A stretch of DNA of 64,000 nucleotides from Nitrosopumilus sp. Lineage in GTDB: Archaea; Thermoproteota; Nitrososphaeria; Nitrososphaerales; Nitrosopumilaceae. The stretch spans positions 1 through 64,000 of the forward strand of contig OZ241857.1 of assembly GCA_965203315.1 (NCBI GenBank), in the 5' to 3' direction. The number at the start of each line of letters is the position of its first letter. Position 1 is the first letter of the stretch. Both the position numbers and the translations under genes were made by a program. The notes below the pieces were generated by a model, which worked only from the letters and a program-made list of their open reading frames with translations, was not told where the DNA came from and searched no databases. Of this stretch, positions 1 through 11,206 are shown piece by piece.

Positions 1-2
1 CT

Positions 3-1175
3 ATCGGACTAAACTTTGTATTTATGTACTACTTTTTAGACGACTCTGATACATCCTATGCACTATTTGGTACAACAGTTATTGGTATAATGCTAGTTCC
101 AATAATACAAAAGATTACAGATCGATACACAAACTACAAGTATAAACCCGTAAACGAGATCGCTGACTCGGCCAAGTGGGGATATGCATCATTGACTCTT
201 ATGGGGATAATCAAAGGGCTCCAGTCTACAGGCCCATTCATGATCGCACTCGTAGTCGCAATAATAGTGTCATACAGTATAGCATCAGCAGCTGCTCCTG
301 TAGGCGCCGATCCAGTACTCTATGGCATCTTTGGCACCTCGCTTACAGCAATGGCGATGTTGAGTCTTGCAGGAATTGTTCTAAGTATAGATGCATTTGG
401 ACCAATTGCAGATAATGCAGGCGGTATAGTTGAAATGACAAAGATGGGTGAAGAAAATCGTCGAATCACTGACGAGATCGATGCGGTGGGAAACACCACA
501 AAGGCTGTGACGAAAGGATTTGCAATAGCTAGTGCAGCTCTAGCTGCATTGGCCATGATTCAAGCATTCCAATACGAGGCTGCACACATCTTTGAAGGTG
601 TACTAGATCTAGACTATGGTTTGACAAATCCTGCTGTAATAGTTGGATTACTGGTAGGCGGTCTAATTCCATTTATTATTACTGGACAATTGATCAACGG
701 AGTATCGCGTGCAGCTGGCAAGATGGTTGACGAAGTAAGACGACAATTCAAAGCAGATCCAAACATACTCGAAGGTAAATCAAAACCAGACTATGCAAAA
801 TGTGTTGATATCGCAACAGTTGCGTCTATTAAAGAACTATGGAAGCCAGCAATCATAGCGATCATCGCTCCTATAATATTGGGCATACTTTTAGGTCCAA
901 CTGCTGTCGCTGGACTCTTGATGGGATCAGTGGTTACCGGCATCTTTCTTGCATACCATCTAGCAAATACTGGCGGAGCATGGGACAACGCAAAAAAGTT
1001 AGTCGAGATGAAAGGCTTGAAAGGATCTCAAGAACACAAGGTTGCTGTAGTGGGTGATATAATTGGCGATCCTTACAAAGATACAGCAGGCCCTGCACTA
1101 AACACTGTGATCAAACTACTCAATACTATTGCAATAGTATTTGTATCTGCATTTGTCGCAATCATCTCTCTTTGA
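3..1175 (+). CDS. hppA: Membrane-bound H+/Na+-translocating pyrophosphatase (5' truncated by window edge)
   Basis: Motifs DAFGPIADNAGGIVEM, DAVGNTTKAVTKGFAI, GGAWDNAKK, GDIIGDPYKDTAGP; frame is open back to position 3. Confidence 0.95.
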   Translation: MGLNFVFMYYFLDDSDTSYALFGTTVIGIMLVPIIQKITDRYTNYKYKPVNEIADSAKWGYASLTLMGIIKGLQSTGPFMIALVVAIIVSYSIASAAAPVGADPVLYGIFGTSLTAMAMLSLAGIVLSIDAFGPIADNAGGIVEMTKMGEENRRITDEIDAVGNTTKAVTKGFAIASAALAALAMIQAFQYEAAHIFEGVLDLDYGLTNPAVIVGLLVGGLIPFIITGQLINGVSRAAGKMVDEVRRQFKADPNILEGKSKPDYAKCVDIATVASIKELWKPAIIAIIAPIILGILLGPTAVAGLLMGSVVTGIFLAYHLANTGGAWDNAKKLVEMKGLKGSQEHKVAVVGDIIGDPYKDTAGPALNTVIKLLNTIAIVFVSAFVAIISL

Positions 1176-1344
1176 ATATGTGTGAGACTACTAAATTGGA
1201 GTTTACGCACCTAAACGAATCTGTTGGTGGTGCATCGGAATAGATATTCATATTCATAAGTCTGTCTCGACTATTCTACTTTAATCGCTAGTGTCTGCAA
1301 ACTAGTCAAGCAAGATATAAATGATGTTTGCCAAAATTCCAGTC

Positions 1345-1524
1345 ATGTCGTCTACTATTTCACTACCCACATGTGATTGTTGTAATCGACACATTATGCC
1401 AAACGACAAATGTGTCAAGTTTAATTGTCCTGACTGTGGCAAAAAGCTCATCTGGAGATGTCAGAGTTGTCGAGAGTCAGTTCGATCATATGTCTGCACT
1501 TTATGTAACTTTCATGGACCTTGA
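1345..1524 (+). CDS. Small zinc-ribbon protein (DUF1610/HVO_2753-like)
   Basis: Four CxxC pairs, FNCPDCG...IWRC..CR...Y.C..C.F.GP; usual position upstream of aEF-1beta. Confidence 0.85.
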   Translation: MSSTISLPTCDCCNRHIMPNDKCVKFNCPDCGKKLIWRCQSCRESVRSYVCTLCNFHGP

Positions 1525-1530
1525 GTAAAC

Positions 1531-1812
1531 ATGGCACAACTATTGTTAATCACAAAGATTCTTCCGCAAGGAATTGAGATCGATCTAGATGCTGTAGCCG
1601 GTGCCATAAAGACCAATCTCAAAGAGGGAATAGTCATGAAGCGACATGTTAAAGAGCCACTTGCTTTTGGATTAGAGTTTCTAAAGGCAGAGTTTATTCT
1701 AGATGACAAAGAAGGTCAGATGGATCTACTAGAAGAGTCGGTACGTTCAACGCCTGGCGTCAGCGAGTTTGAAGTCTTGAACATGAGCCGAATGTCTGTA
1801 GATATGAAGTAG
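1531..1812 (+). CDS. ef1b: Translation elongation factor aEF-1beta
   Basis: KILP...EPLAFGL motif, 93 aa. Confidence 0.92.
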   Translation: MAQLLLITKILPQGIEIDLDAVAGAIKTNLKEGIVMKRHVKEPLAFGLEFLKAEFILDDKEGQMDLLEESVRSTPGVSEFEVLNMSRMSVDMK

Positions 1813-1820
1813 GTGATTCG

Positions 1821-3992
1821 TTGGTACGCAAAGAAGGATCTTTGCAGATGCGTGTAGGCGAAGCAAAACAGCGCGACGTTGGTAAGAAACGCGCAAGAAT
1901 TGGACCTGACGCGATGGACTTTCTAAAGGCGACTCCAGGAGACATCATTGAGATAAATGGATTGAGTTCAAGCTGTGCTGTAGTATGGCCGGTTGATGAA
2001 GATGAAAAGTTTCAGGATATAATTAGAATCGATGGTCAGACTAGAAAAAATATCCGTGCAGCACTGAACGACAAGGTCCAAGTTAGATGTGTAACATCAA
2101 AGATGGCCAAATCGATATCCCTCGTTCCAGTACACGACTCTGTCGCAGTAGATAAAGAGTTTACAGACTTTGTAAAGAACAGGCTCAAGGGATTGCCGAT
2201 AATGGAGGGAGATGAGATATCGGTTATGATTCTGGGAAACTCTATGGACTTTAAGATCATAAAGTCTTCACCCAAAGGTGTCGTAAAGATAGATCGTTCC
2301 ACCACGTTAAACATATCTGCTGATGCCGAGATCGATCGCAAGGTTCATAGAGTCACATATGAGGAGGTTGGAGGACTAGGTGTAGAGGTCAAGGCGATGC
2401 GTGAAATAGTCGAGCTACCTCTCAAACACCCAGAGCTATTTGCAAGACTTGGCATCGAACCGCATAGTGGCATCTTGTTGTATGGGCCACCTGGTTGTGG
2501 AAAGACGCTACTTGCAAAGGTCTTGGCAAGCGAGTCTGAAGCAAACATGTTCTCGATAAATGGGCCAGAGATAATGAACAAGTATTATGGAGAGACAGAA
2601 GCCAAACTGCGCGATATGTTCAAAGAAGCTAAAGATCACTCCCCTAGTATAATATTCATTGATGAGATCGATGCAATAGCACCAAAACGTGAAGAGGCAT
2701 ATGGAGACGTAGAGAAACGTGTTGTAGCTCAATTACTCGCACTGATGGACGGATTGACCGATAGGGGCAACGTCATCGTACTGGGTGCTACAAATAGACC
2801 TGATAGCGTTGATCCTGCACTCAGGAGACCAGGTAGATTTGATCGAGAGTTCGAGATATCTGTCCCAAACGAAGACGGCAGATTGGATATCTTGTTGATT
2901 CATACACGAGGAATGCCTGTGAGTGATGAGATCGATCTAAAGGATCTCGCATCTGATCTACATGGGTATACTGGCGCTGATATCAAGTCATTATGTCGTG
3001 AAGCGGCCATGAAGTCGATACGGCGATATCTTCCAGAGATTGATCTAGAGACAGAAAAGATCTCATCCAACGTACTTCAGTCTATGCAGATCAGGTTAGT
3101 GGACTTTTATGATGCTATGCATGAAGTAGTTCCTACAGCAATGCGTGAGTTTTATGTAGAACGTCCCAAGATATGGTGGAGAGATGTTGGTGGACTATGC
3201 GATGTAAAAGATGCACTCACCGATAATCTGATCGCTGCGATCAAAGAACCGAGTCGATTTACAAAGATGGGAATCAAGCCCCCTCGTGGAGCTCTAATAT
3301 ATGGACCACCTGGCTGTGGAAAGACACTGCTTGCAAGAGCTCTCGCAACCGAGACCGGAGCAAACATGATTCTAGTTCGAGGTCCAGAGATATTGTCAAA
3401 ATGGATCGGCGAGTCAGAGAAGGCAGTACGTGAGATCTTTCGCAAGGCCAAATCATCTTCTCCATGTATCGTAGTCTTTGACGAACTAGACTCCCTAGCT
3501 CGAAACAAATCTGGTGAAGGAGGTGTAGGTGAGACTGTTCTGAGTCAACTCTTGACCGAGATCGAGGAAGGAATAACATCTCGTGTGGTTGTTGTAGGAA
3601 TCACGAATAGGCCTGATATCTTGGACAACTCACTCCTTAGGACCGGTCGACTTGATCTTACCTTGTATGTTCCACCTCCAGATGAACGAGGTAGATTGGA
3701 GATCATTGAGATCTTGACAAGAAAGATGCCGCTTGCCAAAGATATCAAACTACAAGAGATCGCATTCGCAACTCAAAATTATACGGGCGCCGATCTAGCT
3801 GCGTTATGTCGTGAGGCTGCTGTCCACGCAATGAAGAGTAACTCTACAAAGATCACTAGTCAAGACTTTGCAAATAGTCTGACTTTGATAAAACCATCTA
3901 TCACAAAAGAGATCGATCAGTGGTACACATCGGTAAAGGAAAGTATATCTAATGTCGTACCAAACTCAACAGATAGGACGTTTTACGGATAA
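1821..3992 (+). CDS. cdc48: Cdc48/VCP family AAA ATPase
   Basis: N-domain plus two AAA modules (two GPPGCGKT Walker A; IFIDEID and VVFDELD; RPGRFD). Confidence 0.95.
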   Translation: MVRKEGSLQMRVGEAKQRDVGKKRARIGPDAMDFLKATPGDIIEINGLSSSCAVVWPVDEDEKFQDIIRIDGQTRKNIRAALNDKVQVRCVTSKMAKSISLVPVHDSVAVDKEFTDFVKNRLKGLPIMEGDEISVMILGNSMDFKIIKSSPKGVVKIDRSTTLNISADAEIDRKVHRVTYEEVGGLGVEVKAMREIVELPLKHPELFARLGIEPHSGILLYGPPGCGKTLLAKVLASESEANMFSINGPEIMNKYYGETEAKLRDMFKEAKDHSPSIIFIDEIDAIAPKREEAYGDVEKRVVAQLLALMDGLTDRGNVIVLGATNRPDSVDPALRRPGRFDREFEISVPNEDGRLDILLIHTRGMPVSDEIDLKDLASDLHGYTGADIKSLCREAAMKSIRRYLPEIDLETEKISSNVLQSMQIRLVDFYDAMHEVVPTAMREFYVERPKIWWRDVGGLCDVKDALTDNLIAAIKEPSRFTKMGIKPPRGALIYGPPGCGKTLLARALATETGANMILVRGPEILSKWIGESEKAVREIFRKAKSSSPCIVVFDELDSLARNKSGEGGVGETVLSQLLTEIEEGITSRVVVVGITNRPDILDNSLLRTGRLDLTLYVPPPDERGRLEIIEILTRKMPLAKDIKLQEIAFATQNYTGADLAALCREAAVHAMKSNSTKITSQDFANSLTLIKPSITKEIDQWYTSVKESISNVVPNSTDRTFYG

Positions 3993-3994
3993 AG

Positions 3995-4291
3995 ATGGCT
4001 ATACCACTACGAAACATAATACTTGACAAGATCAAAGAGGCAGGATCTCTCACCGATGCTGAGCTCTTTAAGATGATCACAAAAGACGATCTAGTGGTAT
4101 CTAGTGCAAAATTTAACAAGATGCTTTTAGATTTGGAGATCTTGGGACTGATCAACGTTACATGGATGACCAAGGACGAAAAGCGAGTAGAGATAGCTGT
4201 GGTGGATAGTAGGGTAGATGATGTTGAGATGGAGAACAAAAAGATGCTAGAGAGAGACTACGAGTCTAGTTTTCCTGGATTTGAAGGATAG
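3995..4291 (+). CDS. Conserved hypothetical protein, winged-helix-like
   Basis: Starts 2 nt after the cdc48 stop; 98 aa with natural composition. Confidence 0.75.
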   Translation: MAIPLRNIILDKIKEAGSLTDAELFKMITKDDLVVSSAKFNKMLLDLEILGLINVTWMTKDEKRVEIAVVDSRVDDVEMENKKMLERDYESSFPGFEG

Positions 4292-5179
4292 TTAGTATAG
4301 ATTATAATGAAATGCTGCATCTAGCGCTACTGCTACAAATATTATCGTCAGATATGGTGCAGTAACCTTGTATGCCTTCCAAGCAAACTCGGACGTAGGA
4401 TTGTTTGTGAGTTTGTAATGGTATACGAGCATTAGTGAACCCGACGCTGCTGCAATTATTGTATACACTAGTCCCATACCATCTGGAATGAGTCCCAATA
4501 TCAGCGAATATGGCAGCAGTATTATTGTATTTGCGAGTATATACTTTGACGTCTTGTCCATACCAACCACCACTGGCAGCATTGGGACATTTGCTTGCGC
4601 ATACTCGTCCTTGATCTTCATTGCAAGGCACCAAAAGTGAGATGGCGTCCACACAAAGACCAAAAAGCCTACAAGAAACCCTAATAGATCCATGCTTGCC
4701 GTAGCTGCTGACCAACCGGCCCACGCAGCAGCACTGCCTGCAATTCCACCAATTACGATATTGGATGTGTTTAGTCGTTTTAACCATATCGTATAAATTA
4801 CAACATACGAGAATATGCCTACCGCTATAAAGAATGCCGATACTGGATTTAGTGCAACAAAGCCGTATACGACAGATATGCAACTCAGTATCATACCGTA
4901 CAGCAGTACATGCGTTGCAGATATTCGTCCAGAAGGAATCGGTCTAGTACTGGTTCTACTCATCTTTGGATCGATGTCTCTGTCATAGTAGTGATTGAGT
5001 GCGCTAGAACCTGCTGATGCGAGTGCGCCTGCTACAACTATGTGCAGATATGCCCAATAGTCTAACGGTGGTACATTTGGTACCAACATACTTGCAGCAA
5101 ACATAGAAGTAACTGCTGTTATGACCAACAGAACTACTATGCGTGGCTTTGATATCTCGATCAGTTCTTGGACTCCCAA
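4292..5179 (-). CDS. ctaB: Protoheme IX farnesyltransferase (heme O synthase, UbiA family)
   Basis: KPRIV, NHYYDRDIDPKMSRTSTRPIPSG, WTPSHFW motifs; many TM helices. Confidence 0.92.
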   Translation of the reverse strand: MGVQELIEISKPRIVVLLVITAVTSMFAASMLVPNVPPLDYWAYLHIVVAGALASAGSSALNHYYDRDIDPKMSRTSTRPIPSGRISATHVLLYGMILSCISVVYGFVALNPVSAFFIAVGIFSYVVIYTIWLKRLNTSNIVIGGIAGSAAAWAGWSAATASMDLLGFLVGFLVFVWTPSHFWCLAMKIKDEYAQANVPMLPVVVGMDKTSKYILANTIILLPYSLILGLIPDGMGLVYTIIAAASGSLMLVYHYKLTNNPTSEFAWKAYKVTAPYLTIIFVAVALDAAFHYNLY

Positions 5180-5291
5180 TCTGATATCGTCTCTCTTGGA
5201 GGCATTTAATTTGTTTCACTATCTAGAATCATGTGTCTTTGGCACCAAATTTCCAAAGGAATAAGTATATCGCTACTATCGCTACAGTTGT

Positions 5292-6089
5292 ATGAGTAAT
5301 TGGGATCTCATGATGCCAGGTATGGGACTCACTGCCATCGGTTTGGCTGGTCTCACTATATCATATGCAGATATTGCACACACCTTTATTGATGGAATGC
5401 ATGCCTTGACGGGCTTGACCATGTTTATAGGGCTGATTTTTTTGTCCGTCGGAATCTTGGACGGTGGTATCTCGACTAGCAATAGAGCCAAAGCCACAAC
5501 ATTGGTGATACTATCGATCGCATTAGGATTTGGAATGTTTGCGTTTACGATGAATACATCCAACTATACAGTAACACTAGCTGGAATATTGATGGCTATT
5601 GCATTTCCATCCATACTGATCGCATACGTTGCGATGAAACATCCAAAGTTTCTCAAACCTGTGGGATCTATTGCAGGCATTGCAGGCGCTACTGGCATAA
5701 TAGTGTGGGTTGCGTTTGGATTTGTGAGTCCAGATACATATATGATTCCACAAGCTATAGTAGTTCCTGAAGAACCACAAGAGATAGAGGTAGAGATAAT
5801 CGGTGAACTCTTTACAGTTGAGGTGCTCCCCGAATCGTCGATCAGTGGTAACCCTGGATATGATCCCGAAGATATTACCGTTGTACAAGGAGATGGGATC
5901 GAGTGGTTCAACAATGATACACTGGCTCACACTGTGACTAGCTTTGAGGACTTTGGTGAGACATTTGACTCTGGTCTGTTTGATGCAGGCGGGACATATA
6001 CACTAGTAACTACTGAGATGGATCCTATCACGTACGATTACTTTTGTAGCGTTCATCCATGGATGCGAGGAACTATAACGATCGAATAG
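5292..6089 (+). CDS. Membrane-anchored cupredoxin (blue copper) protein
   Basis: About 5 TM helices, then WFNND..AHTVT and YFCSVHPWM type-1 copper ligands. Confidence 0.88.
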   Translation: MSNWDLMMPGMGLTAIGLAGLTISYADIAHTFIDGMHALTGLTMFIGLIFLSVGILDGGISTSNRAKATTLVILSIALGFGMFAFTMNTSNYTVTLAGILMAIAFPSILIAYVAMKHPKFLKPVGSIAGIAGATGIIVWVAFGFVSPDTYMIPQAIVVPEEPQEIEVEIIGELFTVEVLPESSISGNPGYDPEDITVVQGDGIEWFNNDTLAHTVTSFEDFGETFDSGLFDAGGTYTLVTTEMDPITYDYFCSVHPWMRGTITIE

Positions 6090-6091
6090 TA

Positions 6092-6481
6092 TTGCAACTA
6101 GTAATATCTCCCAAACAGTGTGAACAGTTAAAGCAGCATGCCATGTCCCAAGCACCAAACGAATCATGTGCTCTTTTGTTTTGTCGCGGTGATATCATAC
6201 ATGATATATTTCTAACAGAGAATGTGTTGAACTCGTCGACTAGATTCAGTATATCTCTAGAGCAGTTACGTCTAGCATACAAAATTGCAGAGACACAAAG
6301 TTTTGATACGGTTGCAATATTTCACTCTCATCCAAACTCTATCGCGTATCCGTCAAAGACTGACGAACAGTTTATGTACGTCAATCCTGTTCCGTGGTTG
6401 ATATACTCTGGTGTTACTTGCAAGTTCAAGGCATTTATTCTAGATGTTGACGTATTGGAGATTCCACTTGTTGTATTATAG
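6092..6481 (+). CDS. JAMM/MPN (M67) metalloprotease
   Basis: PNESC and HSHP....PS.TD JAMM motif; start (TTG 6092) estimated. Confidence 0.85.
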   Translation: MQLVISPKQCEQLKQHAMSQAPNESCALLFCRGDIIHDIFLTENVLNSSTRFSISLEQLRLAYKIAETQSFDTVAIFHSHPNSIAYPSKTDEQFMYVNPVPWLIYSGVTCKFKAFILDVDVLEIPLVVL

Positions 6482-7197
6482 CGTACAAGTGTGATTTGTG
6501 TACTCTTGAGTTCTAGTACAACATATCAACGAAAAATAAGTTTCGACATAAATAACATGATCAAATCTTTATGAATCAAAATGTAAGGATCAAACTTTTT
6601 TTATATTTCAAGATGGAGTTTTTAATTAATCTATATCACAGTTGATCATACTGATTCATTGTTTGTGTCAGGACTCGTTTTTGGCGATATATTTTTTGAC
6701 ACATCTTTTAGCGTAAGTAACTCTAGCAATTCCAGATCTGTTCATTGCAGTTACAATAATCGATATAAAGTATACAGAACTGAGATTTTACCACACTCAC
6801 TATAATTCTCTGATAATGGAATTATCTAACCCAATAACCATTTTATGTAGACGTAATTTTCACAACTTTTCAACTCGTTCTAGTTTTCCTTTACTCTTTT
6901 ATCTCTAGATCTCTCATTTTGGAAATCCTTTAGATCTCTCTATTTCACCTAATTTGCGTAGTTTTGGAATAGATTTTGGGGGCAGGCTGTATTCTAGTTG
7001 GCAATGTAAGCTAGAGTTCAAGATTCTGGTAGACTACTTCAAAGCGGAAACCGATCATCTGGAATGCAGATTACATGTTCTACTCTTTTTGCTCAAAATC
7101 ATCAACTCTGTCAACATTTCAATTTTTTCAAAGTCTGAGATTCTACAGCGCTATAGTGGCGGATACAGTTTATTTATGCCATGGAATTAGGGTTATC

Positions 7198-7455
7198 ATG
7201 GAGATTCATGTATATGATACATACGTCAAGGCAGCTGACGGCCATACGATGCATTTTGATGTAATCACCGGTGAAAAAGACCATGAAAAAGCCATCCAAT
7301 ACGGTAAAGAATGGCTAAAGTCCATTGGTGAAGAGAATGCTACAATAACCCAGAATGAATGCCAATTCTGTCACTCACAAGGTGCCCCAGCTCCAGTTGA
7401 AGAGTCGATCAAGAGAGACGGCTACTTTATACAAAAGATGGAAGGTTGTCCATAA
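7198..7455 (+). CDS. DUF2024 family protein
   Basis: HVYDTYV....G.TMHFDV, CQFCHS and MEGC signature. Confidence 0.85.
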   Translation: MEIHVYDTYVKAADGHTMHFDVITGEKDHEKAIQYGKEWLKSIGEENATITQNECQFCHSQGAPAPVEESIKRDGYFIQKMEGCP

Positions 7456-7807
7456 TTTTTTAACCATTCTCTTTTTTTAGTTTTGGCAATTTATGGATAT
7501 TATACTTTATCCGATGAATATTTTGAGTTAGTGGTTTGGGATTTGTACATAAACATCTCTCAATCACACTAGTGGTGTGTTTCATTCGTGATTACAAACA
7601 TAATACTGTTATGTGCACATTTACAGCTCACAAACGTTATTGTTCAGATCCATAAATTTCTACAGTTGAGAGTAATGTATCTATTATGCCTAGCGAGAAA
7701 TTATAGACAAACGTAAAGTTAACCATGAGCGTAATTAAAACAGTCATACAAAAGTCTAATAAAAAATCGAACTGGGAAAGTACGTATAATTGATATCTGA
7801 CGTGAGA

Positions 7808-8899
7808 CTATGTGAAAATATCTTCTAGTCTATCCTCATTTTGTGCGCGACGTATCTCCATTGCTATGCGCCTTCCCACGCCAAATGTTGTTCCGTACTG
7901 GTACTTTGTATATGGAGTTGTAGTACCTACTATGGGATTTCCGGGAACACGTAATGATACATCATACACTACTAGATCTAGATCTTTGGTTATCACACTC
8001 TGTAGTGAGAATGGTCCAATTATGCCTGGTGGATACTCTCGTCTCACGGCGTCTACAAACTTTTCTCCCATCTTGAAGACTTTTTCTAAAAGTGACTCTC
8101 TAATACTAGCCGGAGTGTGCCCTACTTCTATATTTTGTATATCTATGTCTATCTGCTCTTGTTGTCTTGCTGGTAGTGCATTATAATCATGAATATTTGT
8201 CTGTAGTCTACGTTCTATGCCAATAAAATCTACATGATCAGATATTGGCGTATGAAAAAAGTTAAAGTTCATGTATGTACCTATTGCGAGTTCTTCAATG
8301 CTTGAATTATCTAGATCACTACGTGATATTGTACCGCTCTTTATCTTCATCTCTGATTGTTCCTTGTATTCCTTGTATGATGAGACTGTAAAGAATGCAC
8401 GTTCTAGTGGTCTGTTCTTCTCTTGGACTTTAACTATGCATGGTTTGTTGATCCTCTTTGGATCTTTTAAGATCTTTGGATACTTTATCTTTGCCTTCTT
8501 TAATAGATAGTACTGTCCCTTTTCTGCTGTTCTCTCTTCGGCCTGAAAGAGTCTTCTGTTACCAAAAATTGGAACTTGAAACGAGTCTTCGATAGTCTTG
8601 TACCCTACATATGCAGTAAGTGCACGATGTGGAATGATTACAGTGCTTGATTCACGCAATTGCTTTTGGATCTTTTGTGATGCAATATCTCGAAATTTAT
8701 CCAAGATCAGTATCTTGTCTGCAATTCTATCAAACCTCTGATATGGTGTCTCTCTTCCTCTTTGACAGATTACTGTAGTTTCAAAGTTCTCATCTTTGGC
8801 GCCATCCATAACTTCCAGTGCAGAGTGACTTCCGAGAACACCTATTCTAAGATCATTATATTTCGACAAGATGTCTCTGATCTTAGACCTTTGTATCAT
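7808..8899 (-). CDS. purP: PurP-family formate--AICAR ligase (ATP-grasp)
   Basis: IGVLGSHSAL, GAKDE, FGNR, GIIGPFSLQ, GRRIAMEI motifs. Confidence 0.9.
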   Translation of the reverse strand: MIQRSKIRDILSKYNDLRIGVLGSHSALEVMDGAKDENFETTVICQRGRETPYQRFDRIADKILILDKFRDIASQKIQKQLRESSTVIIPHRALTAYVGYKTIEDSFQVPIFGNRRLFQAEERTAEKGQYYLLKKAKIKYPKILKDPKRINKPCIVKVQEKNRPLERAFFTVSSYKEYKEQSEMKIKSGTISRSDLDNSSIEELAIGTYMNFNFFHTPISDHVDFIGIERRLQTNIHDYNALPARQQEQIDIDIQNIEVGHTPASIRESLLEKVFKMGEKFVDAVRREYPPGIIGPFSLQSVITKDLDLVVYDVSLRVPGNPIVGTTTPYTKYQYGTTFGVGRRIAMEIRRAQNEDRLEDIFT

Positions 8900-9514
8900 G
8901 TCTTGTGATGTGTGTATTGGATATAATATAGCTATTTATGTTTGGTTTAGAAGTATTTTTGTATTTTGCATAATATTTAGCAATTAAAGTGTAATTTAGC
9001 ATAAATGTTCGTGCCCACAACCCTAGGTTTTTGGTTATTTTGTATAGATGATGTAGCAATTGAAAATTTAATTCATATTTTAATTTTTAGATTTGAAAAA
9101 TATTTTTAAAAAATGGAAACAACATAGTTGCATATCAAAGATTCAAAAACACACTTTATCGATTGTAATGGAAAGACCTTGTTGCAGCAGTGAACACAAA
9201 CATGTTAATTCAATACTACAGTAATGTATTAAACAAGATCAAAAAACAAAATGAGATGGAATTAGGTGCAGAGTATATTGAATTAATAGATAATCTGTAC
9301 AGAAATAAGATCAAATTACACAATGGTATGACGTTAGGTCAACATATCGTTTAGGCACGAAAGATAAACTTTTTATCAAAGATCATGCATGACATCTATG
9401 ACAATCTAACATCATACCAATCCTTGTGGTGTTTCATCTTTTGAGCTAGCATCTTACAAATCACAGTATGTATAATACAAAAAGTATATATAATGATTCA
9501 ACATTATTATTATT

Positions 9515-9688
9515 ATGTCTGCTGTTATCATGACCGGTCAAAATGATCAATACGAATATCCGTCACCCCGACGTACTAATCTAGATCATATAAATGGGTA
9601 TTTGATCGAACTTGTCAAGTACAAAGAAATTAAATTAGAATCTAGACCATTGAATCATCTGATCCTTGTGTCCAAGACATTCAGATAG
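9515..9688 (+). CDS. Small hypothetical ORF (57 aa), possibly the 5' half of a frameshifted gene continuing into 9697-9885
   Basis: ATG 9515 follows AAAAGTATATATAA (BRE/TATA-like, about 9480-9493); translated by eye. Confidence 0.4.
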   Translation: MSAVIMTGQNDQYEYPSPRRTNLDHINGYLIELVKYKEIKLESRPLNHLILVSKTFR

Positions 9689-9696
9689 ATTATGCA

Positions 9697-9885
9697 GTGT
9701 TTAATCCTGTGTATGTAGAAAAACTTGATGATGATGAAGAACAGGTAATGTATGACTCAAATTATATGATTTTAAATAAACCGTATCATGTAGTTTGGAA
9801 TGGGAGGGACTTTTGGTTTATGAAAACCGAGTCTGGTTTAGAAGGATACAGAAATAATCCTGTGGGGCCTAAGCATGAAATTTAA
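9697..9885 (+). CDS. Hypothetical protein
   Basis: Overlaps next ORF; member of an AT-rich co-oriented cluster. Confidence 0.5.
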   Translation: MFNPVYVEKLDDDEEQVMYDSNYMILNKPYHVVWNGRDFWFMKTESGLEGYRNNPVGPKHEI

Positions 9886-10078
9886 AGCATCATTGCGGGA
9901 TCTTTCTATGGAACTCGAAACAGACAAAAACACTATTCATGAGTTTCGACCATGTCGGGGTATTTTATATGAAGAGAAGAGACTACTTCGTGATTCTATC
10001 ATCTATATAATTCATATGGGCAAAAATGGAAAACCTACTCGTCGTGAATTGAAGGTGAAAAATAATGTTAGCGCTTGA
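9875..10078 (+). CDS. Hypothetical protein
   Basis: Overlaps both neighbours, operon-like. Confidence 0.45.
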   Translation: MKFKASLRDLSMELETDKNTIHEFRPCRGILYEEKRLLRDSIIYIIHMGKNGKPTRRELKVKNNVSA

Positions 10079-10514
10079 TGAACCAACTAATCAAATTACA
10101 AATATGGGGTATATTGAAACTATTCCTCTTAAACCAATAATCCCTAGTTTTTACAAACTTGAAGACGGTACAATTATAAGCGTATTATGTAAACTCACTC
10201 ACATACTAAAAGCCAGTACTGGTACAAAACATATGAATTTAATAATTAATGATGAGGTTCATGTCTTCGTGCCTCCTGAAAAACGGATAGTACCTAACAA
10301 AATGTCAAAAAACCCCGACAATATTATTAGTAAAGATGTTACACATGTCCCAATAAAAGAAGAGTTTAATGTCTATGACATAAACGCCGACTTTACAATT
10401 AATGTTAAAACATTAGTGAGTCAAGTTGTTAAAACAAATCAAACCAATTTACGGGGAGAGCCAATTTATAAAGTGAATTTACACCCACTTATACAAATTA
10501 AACAAAAAGAATAA
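10065..10514 (+). CDS. Hypothetical protein with an internally duplicated beta-rich unit
   Basis: FYKLEDGTIISVLCKLTHILK resembles VYDINADFTINVKTLVSQVVK...GEPIY. Confidence 0.7.
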   Translation: MLALDEPTNQITNMGYIETIPLKPIIPSFYKLEDGTIISVLCKLTHILKASTGTKHMNLIINDEVHVFVPPEKRIVPNKMSKNPDNIISKDVTHVPIKEEFNVYDINADFTINVKTLVSQVVKTNQTNLRGEPIYKVNLHPLIQIKQKE

Positions 10515-10622
10515 TTTAGTTAGGCGATTACGTACATGTCTCCGCCGTGGTGCTCAGAAAAATAACTCTGGTCAAATTTTCTTAACACTGCATTGTATTG
10601 CTCAATTTCTATACAGAATACC

Positions 10623-10994
10623 ATGGTTCAAAAATACGAAGATCTCTTTCAGGCCTACAGAAGCAGTGAACGCAAACAGATACGTGATAAGATCATAGAT
10701 ATAAAGATGGTTTTGATTCACAAACACACAAAAGTACATGCGGCAGAAATCTTTGAGGTTAACGAACTAACAATTTACACTTGGATCAACAAGTACGACA
10801 AATATGGAATTATGGGTCTAAAAGACCAACCTCGTTCTGAAAGACCACCAAAAGTATCAGATGAAATACTCGAAAAGTTGATGGATGAACAAAAACCTAT
10901 ATTTCCGTTAGAGATGAAAAACATAGTCAAAAAAAAAAAGAGACAGGGTAGACTATCATGGAGATGGTTTACAATACAGGATGAAAAATCTTGA
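10623..10994 (+). pseudogene. IS630/Tc1-family transposase, N-terminal HTH fragment
   Basis: AAEIFEV...TIYTWINKY...GIMGLKDQPRSERPPKV; breaks at an A-run near 10930; no DDE domain follows. Confidence 0.8.
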
Positions 10995-11018
10995 TCGATC
11001 TCCCAAAGTTGTTTAAAC

Positions 11019-11131
11019 GAATCTCTTAGGTTTACGTGGTGTGGTATTTCACAAGACTCTTTCTGTATTTCCATTATGGGATCTTGTAGTGTTTTCTGTA
11101 ACCTTTCTATCCCACGTAAACCAAAAGATCC
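11019..11131. mobile_element. MITE family A, copy 1 (about 113 bp)
   Basis: TIRs ATCTCTTAGGTTTACGTGG ... CCACGTAAACCAAAAGAT; interior homologous to other A copies, reverse orientation. Confidence 0.85.
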
Positions 11132-11206
11132 AAACGATTTTTTGTACTACACGAGATCCAAATAATCAAGTAAACGATATATCTACAAAACATCCGAGAT
11201 AAGTAG

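Noticed and set aside
6482-7190. Possible decayed gene on the minus strand, and the 5' extension of ORF 7075
   Set aside because: Stops in all frames and no recognisable motif.
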